The notes under the pieces were generated by a model, which worked only from the letters and a program-made list of their open reading frames with translations, did not search any database and was not told the DNA's origin. A program made the position numbers and the translations under genes. Source: a virus. Taken from it: a stretch of DNA of 64,000 nt. This document shows positions 8,899 to 17,999 of this stretch, piece by piece. The DNA lies in IMG/VR virus record IMGVR_UViG_3300008952_003529. One strand, 5' to 3'. Position 1 is the stretch's first letter; the number at the start of each line of letters is the position of its first letter.

Positions 8899-8923
8899 AT
8901 TAGAGAACTAGATGCTAAGGATG
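8872..8923 (+). promoter_or_regulatory. RBS-masking inverted repeat with ATATTTA in the loop
   Basis: catcccttag (8872-8881) pairs with ctaaggatg (8915-8923) with one bulge and covers SD AAGGA; ATATTTA at 8891-8897. Confidence 0.55.
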
Positions 8924-8924
8924 A

Positions 8925-10109
8925 ATGATGTCAATTTTCCAAAGACATAAAACGGTCGCTGATCGCTCCGCTGGGGACCGTGCGAGGCATCGAAAGAAAA
9001 TCGAGAGAGCCATCAAAGATGGCATCTATAATATTGTTGCTGAAGAATCGATTATTGGGAAAGAGGGAAAGAAAAAATTTCGTATTCCTGTACGAGGAAT
9101 TAAAGAGTATCGATTTGTATACGGTGATAACGGTTCAAGAAGAGTAGGCTCTGCTCAAGGGAAAGATGTTAAGCGCGGGCAGGTGATTGGCAAAAAAGAA
9201 GAAAAAGGGCAAGGGCAAGGAAATCAGGCTGGTCAAGAAAAGGGAGAAGAGTATTACGAGGTAGAGCTTACGCTTGATCAACTTGCAGAATATCTTTTTA
9301 AAGATCTAAAGCTCCCTAATTTTGAAAAGAAAAAGAACACTAATGTCACATCTAAAAAAATAAAAAGACACGGGTATAGAACAAAGGGAATTCGGCCGAG
9401 GCTTGATAAAAAGAAGACAGTGATTGAAAAGCTAAAAAGAAAGAACAAGCGAAAGCTGATCATGTCACAACCTGAGTTAAATGAGGATGTTGACGAAACA
9501 AATGAATTTCCTTTTAATGAGAAAGATTTACGATATCGTCACTACAAGGTTCATGAAAAGAAAACGTCTAGTGCCGTTATATTCTTTTTAATGGACATTT
9601 CTGGATCTATGACAAGACAAAAGAAGTTTTTAGCAAGAAGCTTTTTCTTTTTGTTATACCATTTTATAAGGGCAAGGTATGACCAAGTGGACCTGGTGTT
9701 TATTGCTCACGATGTTGAGGCTCATGAAGTAACAGAAGACCAATTTTTTGGACGTGGATCATCGGGTGGAACATTGGTTTCTAGCGCATTAACAATGACT
9801 GAGGAGATTATTTCAAAAAGATATCACCCAAATAGCTGGAACATCTATGCATTTCAATGCTCTGACGGTGACAACTGGCCGACCGATAATGAAAGAGCAA
9901 TCGAACTAGCAAAGAAAATAGTTCAAAAAGCACAATTCTTTGGGTATTGTCAGATCGAGCCCAGTGAAGAAAGAGCTAGCTTCATCCGTGAAAATTCTTT
10001 ATCAGAAATATACGCACCGTTGATAGGTCCAAACTTTAAGGTAGCAGAGGTTTCTAGCAAGGAGCATATCTGGCCAGCTTTTAGATCATTCTTTGGGGGT
10101 GAATTATGA
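8925..10109 (+). CDS. yeaH: YeaH/YhbH (DUF444, UPF0229) vWA-domain protein
   Basis: DRSAGDRARHR, FRIPVRGIKEYRFVYG, LMDISGSM, HDVEA.EV, GGTLVSS, SDGDNW. Confidence 0.92.
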   Translation: MMSIFQRHKTVADRSAGDRARHRKKIERAIKDGIYNIVAEESIIGKEGKKKFRIPVRGIKEYRFVYGDNGSRRVGSAQGKDVKRGQVIGKKEEKGQGQGNQAGQEKGEEYYEVELTLDQLAEYLFKDLKLPNFEKKKNTNVTSKKIKRHGYRTKGIRPRLDKKKTVIEKLKRKNKRKLIMSQPELNEDVDETNEFPFNEKDLRYRHYKVHEKKTSSAVIFFLMDISGSMTRQKKFLARSFFFLLYHFIRARYDQVDLVFIAHDVEAHEVTEDQFFGRGSSGGTLVSSALTMTEEIISKRYHPNSWNIYAFQCSDGDNWPTDNERAIELAKKIVQKAQFFGYCQIEPSEERASFIRENSLSEIYAPLIGPNFKVAEVSSKEHIWPAFRSFFGGEL

Positions 10110-11413
10110 GCTCAAATTTTCTAAGCATGCTTGAAGAGTGGGACGAAAAAATTATCAAACTAGCTGAAGGACATGGTTTGGACTGGTATCCAATCCTGTA
10201 CGAAACGTGTGATTACTACGAGATGATTGGAAATATGGCATATCACGGAATGCCCACACATTACCGTCATTGGAGCTTTGGAAAATCTTTCGAGCGTACG
10301 CACGCTATGTATAATGCCGGCCTTGAGGGATTGCCCTATGAGTTAATCATTAACAGCAACCCATCAATAGCTTACCTCATGGAAGAAAACCCATTTTATC
10401 TACAAGTCCTTATCATGTGTCATTGCGTTGGCCATTCAGATTTTTTCAAAAATAATATAACATTTGCAAACACTCATGCTGATAATGTGCTATTGAGGAT
10501 GCGAAATGCGAAGAGGTTTGTCGATGGTCTTATCGAGGACCCAAGCATCGGCGTGAAGAAAGTAGAAAATATTCTAGATGCCGCGCATGCTTTGTCACTC
10601 CAAATTCCTCGTCGTTATAGAATGTATGATTCCCAGAAGAATCAAAAGAAGGCTCTTATTTTGGACATCAAGCAGGGAAAATATGAAGATGATTTTCCTC
10701 CGGATCCACGGGCGATTCCTGTTAGCCCAGAGCCTAATATTTTGGCATTCCTTGCAGAGTGTAGTCCTGTCCTTGATGATTGGGAACGTGAATTACTGTA
10801 CTTCGCTTTAGAAGACGCAGAGTATTTTATGCCACAGATTAGAACAAAAATAATGAATGAGGGGTGGGCTTCTTACTGGCATTTTAGAATGATGCATGAG
10901 CTTGAGCTTCCCGACTCAATGCACCTTCCTTTTTTAAAAATGCACAATGAAGTCGTCAGACCTCATCTTGGGAGTATCAACCCATATCACCTTGGATTCC
11001 ACCTTTTTAGAAAAATTGAAGAGCGCCACGGACTAGAAGAATGTTTTATTGCTAGAGAGTCGCTCAATGATGAATCATTTATCAGACAGTATCTTACCGA
11101 AGAAGATTGTGTTGATCTAAACCTATTTTCGTTTGGTTTGGACAAGAAAGAATTCGTGATTGAAGATGTGTCTGACAACGAGGGGTGGAAATCAGTAAAA
11201 CAAAACCTAATCAAACAGGTTTCTGCTAATAATATTCCATCAATCGTAGTGGAAGGTGTAGACGAAGCGAATATTCTAACTTTAAGGCATGAACATGATG
11301 GACGTGATTTAGAATTAGAATACGCGGAATCTGTAGTCGAACACATTACGACGTTGTGGGGAGATGTTGTTAGACTTGAAACAATTATTGAAGATGAACC
11401 ATTCGAGATTTAA
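10106..11413 (+). CDS. spoVR: SpoVR/YcgB family protein
   Basis: GMPTHYRHWSFGKSF, LPYELIINSNP, HCVGHSDFFKNN, TKIMNEGWASYWH, NPYHLG. Confidence 0.95.
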   Translation: MSSNFLSMLEEWDEKIIKLAEGHGLDWYPILYETCDYYEMIGNMAYHGMPTHYRHWSFGKSFERTHAMYNAGLEGLPYELIINSNPSIAYLMEENPFYLQVLIMCHCVGHSDFFKNNITFANTHADNVLLRMRNAKRFVDGLIEDPSIGVKKVENILDAAHALSLQIPRRYRMYDSQKNQKKALILDIKQGKYEDDFPPDPRAIPVSPEPNILAFLAECSPVLDDWERELLYFALEDAEYFMPQIRTKIMNEGWASYWHFRMMHELELPDSMHLPFLKMHNEVVRPHLGSINPYHLGFHLFRKIEERHGLEECFIARESLNDESFIRQYLTEEDCVDLNLFSFGLDKKEFVIEDVSDNEGWKSVKQNLIKQVSANNIPSIVVEGVDEANILTLRHEHDGRDLELEYAESVVEHITTLWGDVVRLETIIEDEPFEI

Positions 11414-11426
11414 GACGGAGTAATCG

Positions 11427-13355
11427 ATGCCAAAGAGCAAGTATCTTGACATTATAAACAGTCAAAGAAAAAAGAAGACCTCAAAAAAGTTTGAGGGTAC
11501 TTTTTTGGATTATCTTACGTTAGTGGAGAAAGACCCCACCTTAGCTGATCATGCGCACAAAAGATTGTACGATGTTATTTCAGCAGAGGGAATTTCTACG
11601 CTTGATGATGATGACCCAAGAAAGCATAAGTTGTTTAATAGCGAAAGTGTGAAAGTGTATGACTATTTCTCAGAAGAATTCTTTGGAATGGAAAATACTA
11701 TTTCAAAGTTAATGAGGTTCCTTCGCTCTGCATCCTTAAAGGGCGAAGAGAGTCGACAGGTTCTTTTGTTGATGGGCCCTGTAGGAGCTGGAAAGTCTGC
11801 ACTAACTGAACATATCAAGTCAAGTCTTGATGGTGTACAGTATTACCACTTGAAAGATGATCCCCAGCGAGGCGATCCACTTCAGCTTATTCCCAGATCA
11901 CTGAGAAAGAAGTTCAGCAAGCTACTCAAGGTGGCCATCGATGGTGATATTTCTCCTATAGCACGTCACCTTTTATTTGAGACGTATGAAAAGGCTTATG
12001 AGTCATTTGAAGTCGTAGAGACTACATTTTCTCAGCGTGCTCGTCGAGGGATTGCAACTGTACCACCAATGGACGCGAATAGTCAAGACGTATCAGTGCT
12101 TATTGGTTCAGAAGATATATCAAAGCTTGACAAATATTCTGAGGATGATCCTCGGGCCCTGTCATTAAACGGAGCATTCAACGTTGGTAACAGAGGTATT
12201 GTCGAACTTGTGGAGGTCTTTAAAAACGAAATTGAGTTTCTCCATACAATCATCACTGCGACACAGGAGAAGAGGATTCCAGCCCCTGGAAAGCATGATA
12301 TGCTTCACTTCGATGGTGTTATCTTAGCGCACTGTAACGAATCAGAGTGGAACCGTTTTCAAAGTGAGCATACCAACGAAGCAATTTTAGATCGTGTTGT
12401 TAAAATTGAAGTACCATATGTTTTAGAACTTGAACAAGAAATAAAGATTTATGAAAAGATCTTAGGAAGGTCCAACTTTGATTCTCATATCGCTCCTCAC
12501 ACTCTTCGAATTGCGTCGATGTTTTCAATCCTAAGTCGTCTCCATGCGAGCCAAAAGTGCGATCTTCTCACAAAGATGAAAATTTATAATGGGGAAGATG
12601 TTGTAGAGAAGGGAAGAGTAAAGAAAATTGACATTAGAGATCTCCGGGATGAAGCTCCAAGAGAGGGTATGCAAGGAATTTCAACCAGGTTTATCATGAA
12701 GGCGGTTGATAATGCCTTAAGCGATTCAGACAAGGATTTCATAACTCCCATTTCGATGCTTGACTCTCTAATAAAGCAAGTAAAAGATCAAATCGTTGAT
12801 TTAGATTTTCAGAACCATTGTCTAGACTTGATTAGAAACACAGTACGAGATGAATATCTTCGTATGCTCGAAAATGAAATAGCAAAAGCGTTTATTACAG
12901 CCTACGAAGAACAGGCACAAGCAGTATTCGAAAACTATCTTGACAATGCCGAGGCATTCACCACAAGCTCAAAAATGAAAGACAGAATTACAAAAGAAGA
13001 AATGCAACCGGATGAAACGTTTATGAGAGCGATTGAAGGTACGATCGGTGTAAGTAGCTCGGGCAGAGAGGGGTTTAGGGCTGACGTGACAGCTTATATG
13101 TTCTCTAAGATGCGTAGAGGTGAAAATGTTGATTATACTTCTTATGAGCCTCTAAAAGAAGCTATCGAAACATACCTCATCACATCTGTGAAGGATCTGG
13201 CTAGAATCGTTACAAAGACGAAAACCAGAGATGATGAGCAGAAACAAAAGTACTCAAGCATGGTACAAACACTTATGGACGAATATGGTTATACACCGGA
13301 GTCAGCAGAAGAAATACTGGTCTTCGCGAGTAATAATCTATGGAGAGATAGCTGA
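11427..13355 (+). CDS. prkA: PrkA/YeaG family AAA+ ATPase / serine kinase
   Basis: Walker A GPVGAGKS, GAFNVGNRGIVELVEVFKN, ATQE, EAILDR, EGMQGISTRF. Confidence 0.95.
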   Translation: MPKSKYLDIINSQRKKKTSKKFEGTFLDYLTLVEKDPTLADHAHKRLYDVISAEGISTLDDDDPRKHKLFNSESVKVYDYFSEEFFGMENTISKLMRFLRSASLKGEESRQVLLLMGPVGAGKSALTEHIKSSLDGVQYYHLKDDPQRGDPLQLIPRSLRKKFSKLLKVAIDGDISPIARHLLFETYEKAYESFEVVETTFSQRARRGIATVPPMDANSQDVSVLIGSEDISKLDKYSEDDPRALSLNGAFNVGNRGIVELVEVFKNEIEFLHTIITATQEKRIPAPGKHDMLHFDGVILAHCNESEWNRFQSEHTNEAILDRVVKIEVPYVLELEQEIKIYEKILGRSNFDSHIAPHTLRIASMFSILSRLHASQKCDLLTKMKIYNGEDVVEKGRVKKIDIRDLRDEAPREGMQGISTRFIMKAVDNALSDSDKDFITPISMLDSLIKQVKDQIVDLDFQNHCLDLIRNTVRDEYLRMLENEIAKAFITAYEEQAQAVFENYLDNAEAFTTSSKMKDRITKEEMQPDETFMRAIEGTIGVSSSGREGFRADVTAYMFSKMRRGENVDYTSYEPLKEAIETYLITSVKDLARIVTKTKTRDDEQKQKYSSMVQTLMDEYGYTPESAEEILVFASNNLWRDS

Positions 13356-13609
13356 TGTTAAGATTTGGATTTAGCGAAGCGTTGCTTATGTTTGCTGGAA
13401 TTGCTTTATGGCATAACCAAATGTTTGCAATAATCGCATTTTGTATGGCTTGCTTTGTTGCATTCGCAAGATTTTCGCTAGAGTGGTCGCTAAAGTCTAA
13501 AGAAACCGAAGCGAAGGTGCAGGCCTCAAAGCTATTAAATGAGCAAGTTCAAGAAGTCGGTGATGTACTTGGGACTATGTTCGGTAAAAAGAAATCCACG
13601 ATGCACTGA
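13355..13609 (+). CDS. Small two-TM membrane protein
   Basis: Two hydrophobic N-terminal segments and a charged C-tail; ATG overlaps the prkA stop. Confidence 0.65.
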   Translation: MLRFGFSEALLMFAGIALWHNQMFAIIAFCMACFVAFARFSLEWSLKSKETEAKVQASKLLNEQVQEVGDVLGTMFGKKKSTMH

Positions 13610-13617
13610 GATGTACA

Positions 13618-14949
13618 ATGAGACACTACGCCTCAGTATACTCAGGTGACGAAGCAAAAAAAATAACTCGGGACGCTCGACAGGCTATACGTGATGTAAT
13701 TCAAAGCTTGCAATCTTGGGAAAGCTCCATGATAGTTGGGAAAAGGCTTTATACCTTCGGTTGGCCTGATTCTTTTCGACTCTTGATAGAGGGGCTTGAT
13801 AATTGTCCTTTAGTGTATAGAAACCTCGTTCTTAATTCAGCAGAGGCCGTTTATCGACGATGTCCATTAGCGGTATCGCTTTATCTTATCACTTTGGAAA
13901 AAATGCTAGCAGGCCGACTTGCTGATGCTGCTCAGTTACAAGAGACAATAGATCAGCTGGTGATTAATCGAAGAAGGATATCGTCTAAGGAAGCAAAAAG
14001 CGCTTGGCGAAAGACAATACATGATGACTTTACTCGCGAAATATTTGAAGATTTATCATCTGCTGTCGATAAGACTGGAGCGCTCGGAACAATAGAGGTC
14101 AAAGGAGGCAGATATTCTAATGTTGAAATATACGAAGGCATTTCTGTTGCTGCTAAGCTAGCGCCGGCTTTTCAATCTCAAGTTGCAGGAATAATTCACT
14201 TAACAGACTGTAAGGTTGTGATTGTTGATGGAGCAATTCTTGACATTAGTGAATTAAATAGATTGCTTGTTTACGCTAACGAGAGTAAATCAAGCATTGC
14301 AATTTTTGCTTCGCAATTCTCAGATGATATATTAAATACCCTGATCGTTAATTGGAACAACGGACGTCTCAAGGCAGTTCCAATAATCTTTGAAAGTACC
14401 CTGAACGATCTTAATCAACCTGGAGATGTTGCAACAGTCGTAGGAGGAAGGTTAATATCAAAAGATTGTGAATATTCCATAACACTCCTTAACGAGGAAG
14501 AGTTACCCACTATCAAAAGCATAACTGTGAACAATATTTCGAAAAAATGTGATCTAATTTTAGATTCTGATGGTTTGTCTAGGGCATTTTTTCTAAGAAA
14601 TGAAATTCAAAAAAAGCGTGAAAAAGAAAAGATAGAAGATGTCAAGAATATCCTGAGCGCAAGACTAGCGAAACTAACAAGTAGAAAAACTATTATAACG
14701 ATTAAATGCGATATTGAAGAATCTGGAATTGTTAAAGATAGAATTTCCGACTTATTTTCTTTTATAAAATGTTGTGCAAATGAGAGCATAGTTTCTGGAG
14801 CTTCAATCTATTCAGCGGTAGAACAACAAGACACAAGCGGTCTTCCAGCTTTCTTACCCGCTTTTTCTGCAAAAATTGCCATTTTTAAAGCGATCGCAGA
14901 TGCTGAGCAGATAAACAAAATTGGAGCGCTAATACTGATGGATTATTGA
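13618..14949 (+). CDS. Degenerate GroEL/Cpn60-like protein lacking ATP-binding motifs
   Basis: Collinear similarity to GroEL ([48 protein letters not shown]); GPKG and GDGTTT are absent. Confidence 0.8.
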   Translation: [443 protein letters not shown]

Positions 14950-15012
14950 CATCATGCAATGAATTTATTTACTTCTTTAGCCAGCAGGTTAAATTATGGA
15001 CAGAAATAAGGA

Positions 15013-15303
15013 GTGACTATAATGATGTCTAAACAGTCCAAAGCAGAACTAGCAAGGCAGGTCCAAGCGCTACAGGGCGAATTGGCCGAGTCGAAAACGC
15101 CAGGAGACTTACGAGAATTAATACATACTTTGATTAATTTTCTTAACGATGAAATTGGAAGAACGCTGGCGGAGTCGACAGACCCAGAGTGGTGTGGAAG
15201 CCGCAATATGGATATGTTGACAGTTGAGCAGGCAGAAACGTTGACAAACGTATTAAGCGAGCTTGTCAAGCAGTCTTCATTCGTAATACTTTCTAGAGCG
15301 TAA
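15013..15303 (+). CDS. Hypothetical protein (probable start ATG 15022)
   Basis: SD AAGGAG upstream; N-terminal coiled coil. Confidence 0.6.
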   Translation: MTIMMSKQSKAELARQVQALQGELAESKTPGDLRELIHTLINFLNDEIGRTLAESTDPEWCGSRNMDMLTVEQAETLTNVLSELVKQSSFVILSRA

Positions 15304-15306
15304 AGC

Positions 15307-15771
15307 ATGCATGGGACGAAGCATATGATAAAATGCAGATGTATTCTCCCTACGTTAAAAAATAAACAAGACCCACCGGTGCATCAATTTATAGTATTTT
15401 CAGTAATAGATGCGCAAGAAAAAGTGTGTGAAAAGCATGTGCAGTGTAATAATTGTGGTATAGTACATAAGGTTTATGATCTATGCAAGTCTGAGATTGT
15501 CTCCAATAAGGAAGTTTTAAAAAGCGCTATGACGATCGAAGATATTCGCTTTACGCTTCCTGAAAGTGTTGCCAAAATTTTAGAAAGTTATGATTGCGAT
15601 CTTCCAACTCACGAACATGTGAAGTTTATGTATGATTTTAACGTTCGAGGTGGCTTCACTATTCTTACAAAAGAAAACGATGGAGAAGTTACTGAAGGCA
15701 AAATTCTAAGATACAAGGGCGAAAAAGCATTCACTATTGAACCGTTTGTTAAGCAGGAACGAATACTATGA
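15307..15771 (+). CDS. Hypothetical Cys-rich (CxC...CxxC) protein, possible zinc binder
   Basis: IKCRC, QCNNCG.VH...CKSEI. Confidence 0.65.
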   Translation: MHGTKHMIKCRCILPTLKNKQDPPVHQFIVFSVIDAQEKVCEKHVQCNNCGIVHKVYDLCKSEIVSNKEVLKSAMTIEDIRFTLPESVAKILESYDCDLPTHEHVKFMYDFNVRGGFTILTKENDGEVTEGKILRYKGEKAFTIEPFVKQERIL

Positions 15772-16028
15772 AAACTATTCAGGGTAAATTAGAAAAACAA
15801 AAACAGACAAGGTGGCTGAATGAAACCAGACAATGTCGGGAGATTGTCCAAGAAATTTTATCATTTGGTGTGAATCAAGACCAGATAAAAAATGTTATAA
15901 AGTTGCTCGCACTTGAGCTTGAGGATGTGGAAATAATGAAAGCAATTTCACAAATTTTAATAGAAAATGTTAACGAGCAAGTGACTACCGTTAATATTCT
16001 TAAACCAGGAGGAAAAACAGATGAGTGA
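15768..16028 (+). CDS. Hypothetical protein
   Basis: ATGA overlaps within the operon. Confidence 0.6.
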   Translation: MKTIQGKLEKQKQTRWLNETRQCREIVQEILSFGVNQDQIKNVIKLLALELEDVEIMKAISQILIENVNEQVTTVNILKPGGKTDE

Positions 16029-16218
16029 TTCAAATAGTATTCTTGAGGGGTGGGAAAGCTTGAAGGAGCTTGTCAATTCCCTAGAGCTTGATATTCATAA
16101 GAACGCGAATGGAAACAAATCTGCCGGAGTACGTGCAAGAAGGGGTTTGCGTAAATTAAAGAATGACGCAAGTTCCTTAGTAAAATTGACACTAACCGCG
16201 GAAAAAAGTGAAAGTTAA
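16021..16218 (+). CDS. Histone H1-like Hc1-family small DNA-binding protein
   Basis: GNKSAGVRARRGLRKLK resembles the Hc1 GNKAA..RVR signature. Confidence 0.75.
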   Translation: MSDSNSILEGWESLKELVNSLELDIHKNANGNKSAGVRARRGLRKLKNDASSLVKLTLTAEKSES

Positions 16219-16256
16219 TTTCCACGCTAGTTAATCAATTCGTACTTTACTTTTGC

Positions 16257-16281
16257 AAAAAGGGGGGCTTACCCCCTTTTT
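16257..16281. terminator. Bidirectional Rho-independent terminator
   Basis: aaaaagggggg-ctta-cccccttttt between convergent genes. Confidence 0.85.
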
Positions 16282-16304
16282 CTAATTTCTGAGAGCTACA
16301 ATAG

Positions 16305-16613
16305 TTAGTTTTTGTGGTATGGCAACTTCAATTCTTTAAGAGTCTTGGGACACGCAGTTTTCAAAAACTGTTTCGCAGCTTTCTCAATTTGGCAAATACG
16401 CATCCTGGTGACGTCGAACATATCACCCACATCTTGAAGCGTATACGGTCCTTCGCGCGCTGCGAGAATCGTACAGTTATTATGTTCCCTCAAATCATGC
16501 CAATAGCGACATGAGCTTTTCTTACATGCTCTCCCCGATTCTTTGTGCGCCGCAAAACATGATACACCGTCGACTATTTCAGATAAGTCGTCTTGATCAT
16601 TTTTTGATTTCAT
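16305..16613 (-). CDS. Small Cys/His-rich protein with sigma70 region-4 HTH
   Basis: YTLQDVGDMFDVTRMRICQIEKAA matches sigma region 4.2; upstream C-x10-C-x4-C-x3-H-x7-C. Confidence 0.8.
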   Translation of the reverse strand: MKSKNDQDDLSEIVDGVSCFAAHKESGRACKKSSCRYWHDLREHNNCTILAAREGPYTLQDVGDMFDVTRMRICQIEKAAKQFLKTACPKTLKELKLPYHKN

Positions 16614-16617
16614 TTAA

Positions 16618-16665
16618 TCTCCTATTCAATGCGATTAATACATTTAACGTTATTTTAATAGGAGA
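16618..16665 (-). promoter_or_regulatory. Perfect 9-bp inverted repeat covering the SD of the sigma-r4 gene
   Basis: tctcctatt (16618-16626) / aataggaga (16657-16665). Confidence 0.55.
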
Positions 16666-16691
16666 GTACAATATTTTTCAAGGGAGTTATT

Positions 16692-17999
16692 TTGAAAGAC
16701 GATAGAAAGAAGTTTATTTTAGACACAAGCGTCCTGCTGTATGATAAAAAAGCTATCCATTCCTTCCCAGGAAACGATGTTATTATTCCCTTACAAGTTA
16801 TGGATGAGCTGGATCGATTTAAAGAAAAGCCAGGCATCGTTGGAGAGTCAGCCCGATATATCAACCGCTTTTTAGATGATCTACGAGCAGAAGGTCGCTT
16901 GGATAAAGGTGTAAACGTTCCACTCACCTATTCAGAAAATCAGACGATACGAATAACCCTTTGTGACGATCCTACACAACTCCCCAAAAGTCTCGCTCAT
17001 GATAGCGGAGACAATAGGATACTTGCGACATGCATGAGCGAGAGGTCTGTAGGGGACGGTGAGACCATTGTCGTGATTACTAAGGACATTAACCTAAGAG
17101 TTAAGTGCGATGCCCTTGGCATCCATTCTGAGGACTACTACAAGGACCATATAGAGGCGGGCCAGGTAGAATATGCTGGATGGCAAAAAAACATTGTATC
17201 TAAAGAAATAATCGACGAATTCTTTGTGAAAGGTAAAGTGTCCACCGCCGTTGATTTCTTTCCAAATGAGTTTGTGGTGCTTTGTGATGGAGGGAATTCT
17301 TCTGCCTTGACATTTCATCGTGCCGGATATCTCTACGCAATGAACAAGCGACCTGCTGAGCTTATGAGTTCATTTGAAGCAAAGAACAAAGAGCAAGCAT
17401 TCGCTGTGGAGGCACTTTTACGAGATGACATTCCTCTTGTAACGCTCACGGGATTAGCCGGCTCTGGCAAAACATATGTTACATTGATGGCTGGACTAGA
17501 TGGTGTGCAACAGGGGCGCTACAAAAGAATAGTAATAAGTCGATCAATCCAGCCAGTTGGAAAAGAACTTGGGTTTTTACCAGGTGATATGTCTGACAAA
17601 ATGCAGCCATGGTTAGCTCCTATCCTGGATAATTTCAGAACAATGCTAGCAGACAAAGACTACACATACTTTCAAATGATGAGAGACCGTGGGGAATTAG
17701 AGGTTGCACCGCTAGCGTACATAAGAGGAAGGACGTTTAACGATTCCTTTATCATTGTCGATGAAGCACAAAATGCGACCATACACGAATTAAAAACACT
17801 TATCACAAGAGTTGGTAAGGGATCAAAAATCGTTCTTCTTGGAGACACAGATCAAATTGATACGCCCTACATTAATAAATTAAGCAACGGATTATCAATC
17901 GTTGTCCACAAATTTAAGGATGAGAATGGTGCTGCACATATTAAGTTGGCAAAAGGACAGAGATCAAATATAGCTACTAGAGCTTCTGCTATCCTTTAA
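16692..17999 (+). CDS. phoH: PIN-PhoH ATPase (PhoH2/YlaK-like), TTG start
   Basis: PIN: LDTSVLL, DELD, DNRIL, TKDINLR; PhoH: GLAGSGKT, RGRTF, DEAQN, GDTDQID. Confidence 0.93.
   Translation: MKDDRKKFILDTSVLLYDKKAIHSFPGNDVIIPLQVMDELDRFKEKPGIVGESARYINRFLDDLRAEGRLDKGVNVPLTYSENQTIRITLCDDPTQLPKSLAHDSGDNRILATCMSERSVGDGETIVVITKDINLRVKCDALGIHSEDYYKDHIEAGQVEYAGWQKNIVSKEIIDEFFVKGKVSTAVDFFPNEFVVLCDGGNSSALTFHRAGYLYAMNKRPAELMSSFEAKNKEQAFAVEALLRDDIPLVTLTGLAGSGKTYVTLMAGLDGVQQGRYKRIVISRSIQPVGKELGFLPGDMSDKMQPWLAPILDNFRTMLADKDYTYFQMMRDRGELEVAPLAYIRGRTFNDSFIIVDEAQNATIHELKTLITRVGKGSKIVLLGDTDQIDTPYINKLSNGLSIVVHKFKDENGAAHIKLAKGQRSNIATRASAIL

Noticed and set aside
14946-14975. Canonical sigma70 promoter from TTGACA at 14946
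   Set aside because: There is no acceptable TAnnnT at 16-18 nt spacing
16692-17999. PIN-PhoH as a novel toxin or defence gene
   Set aside because: PhoH-family genes, including PIN fusions, are well known in bacteria and large phages; nothing unusual here beyond the TTG start
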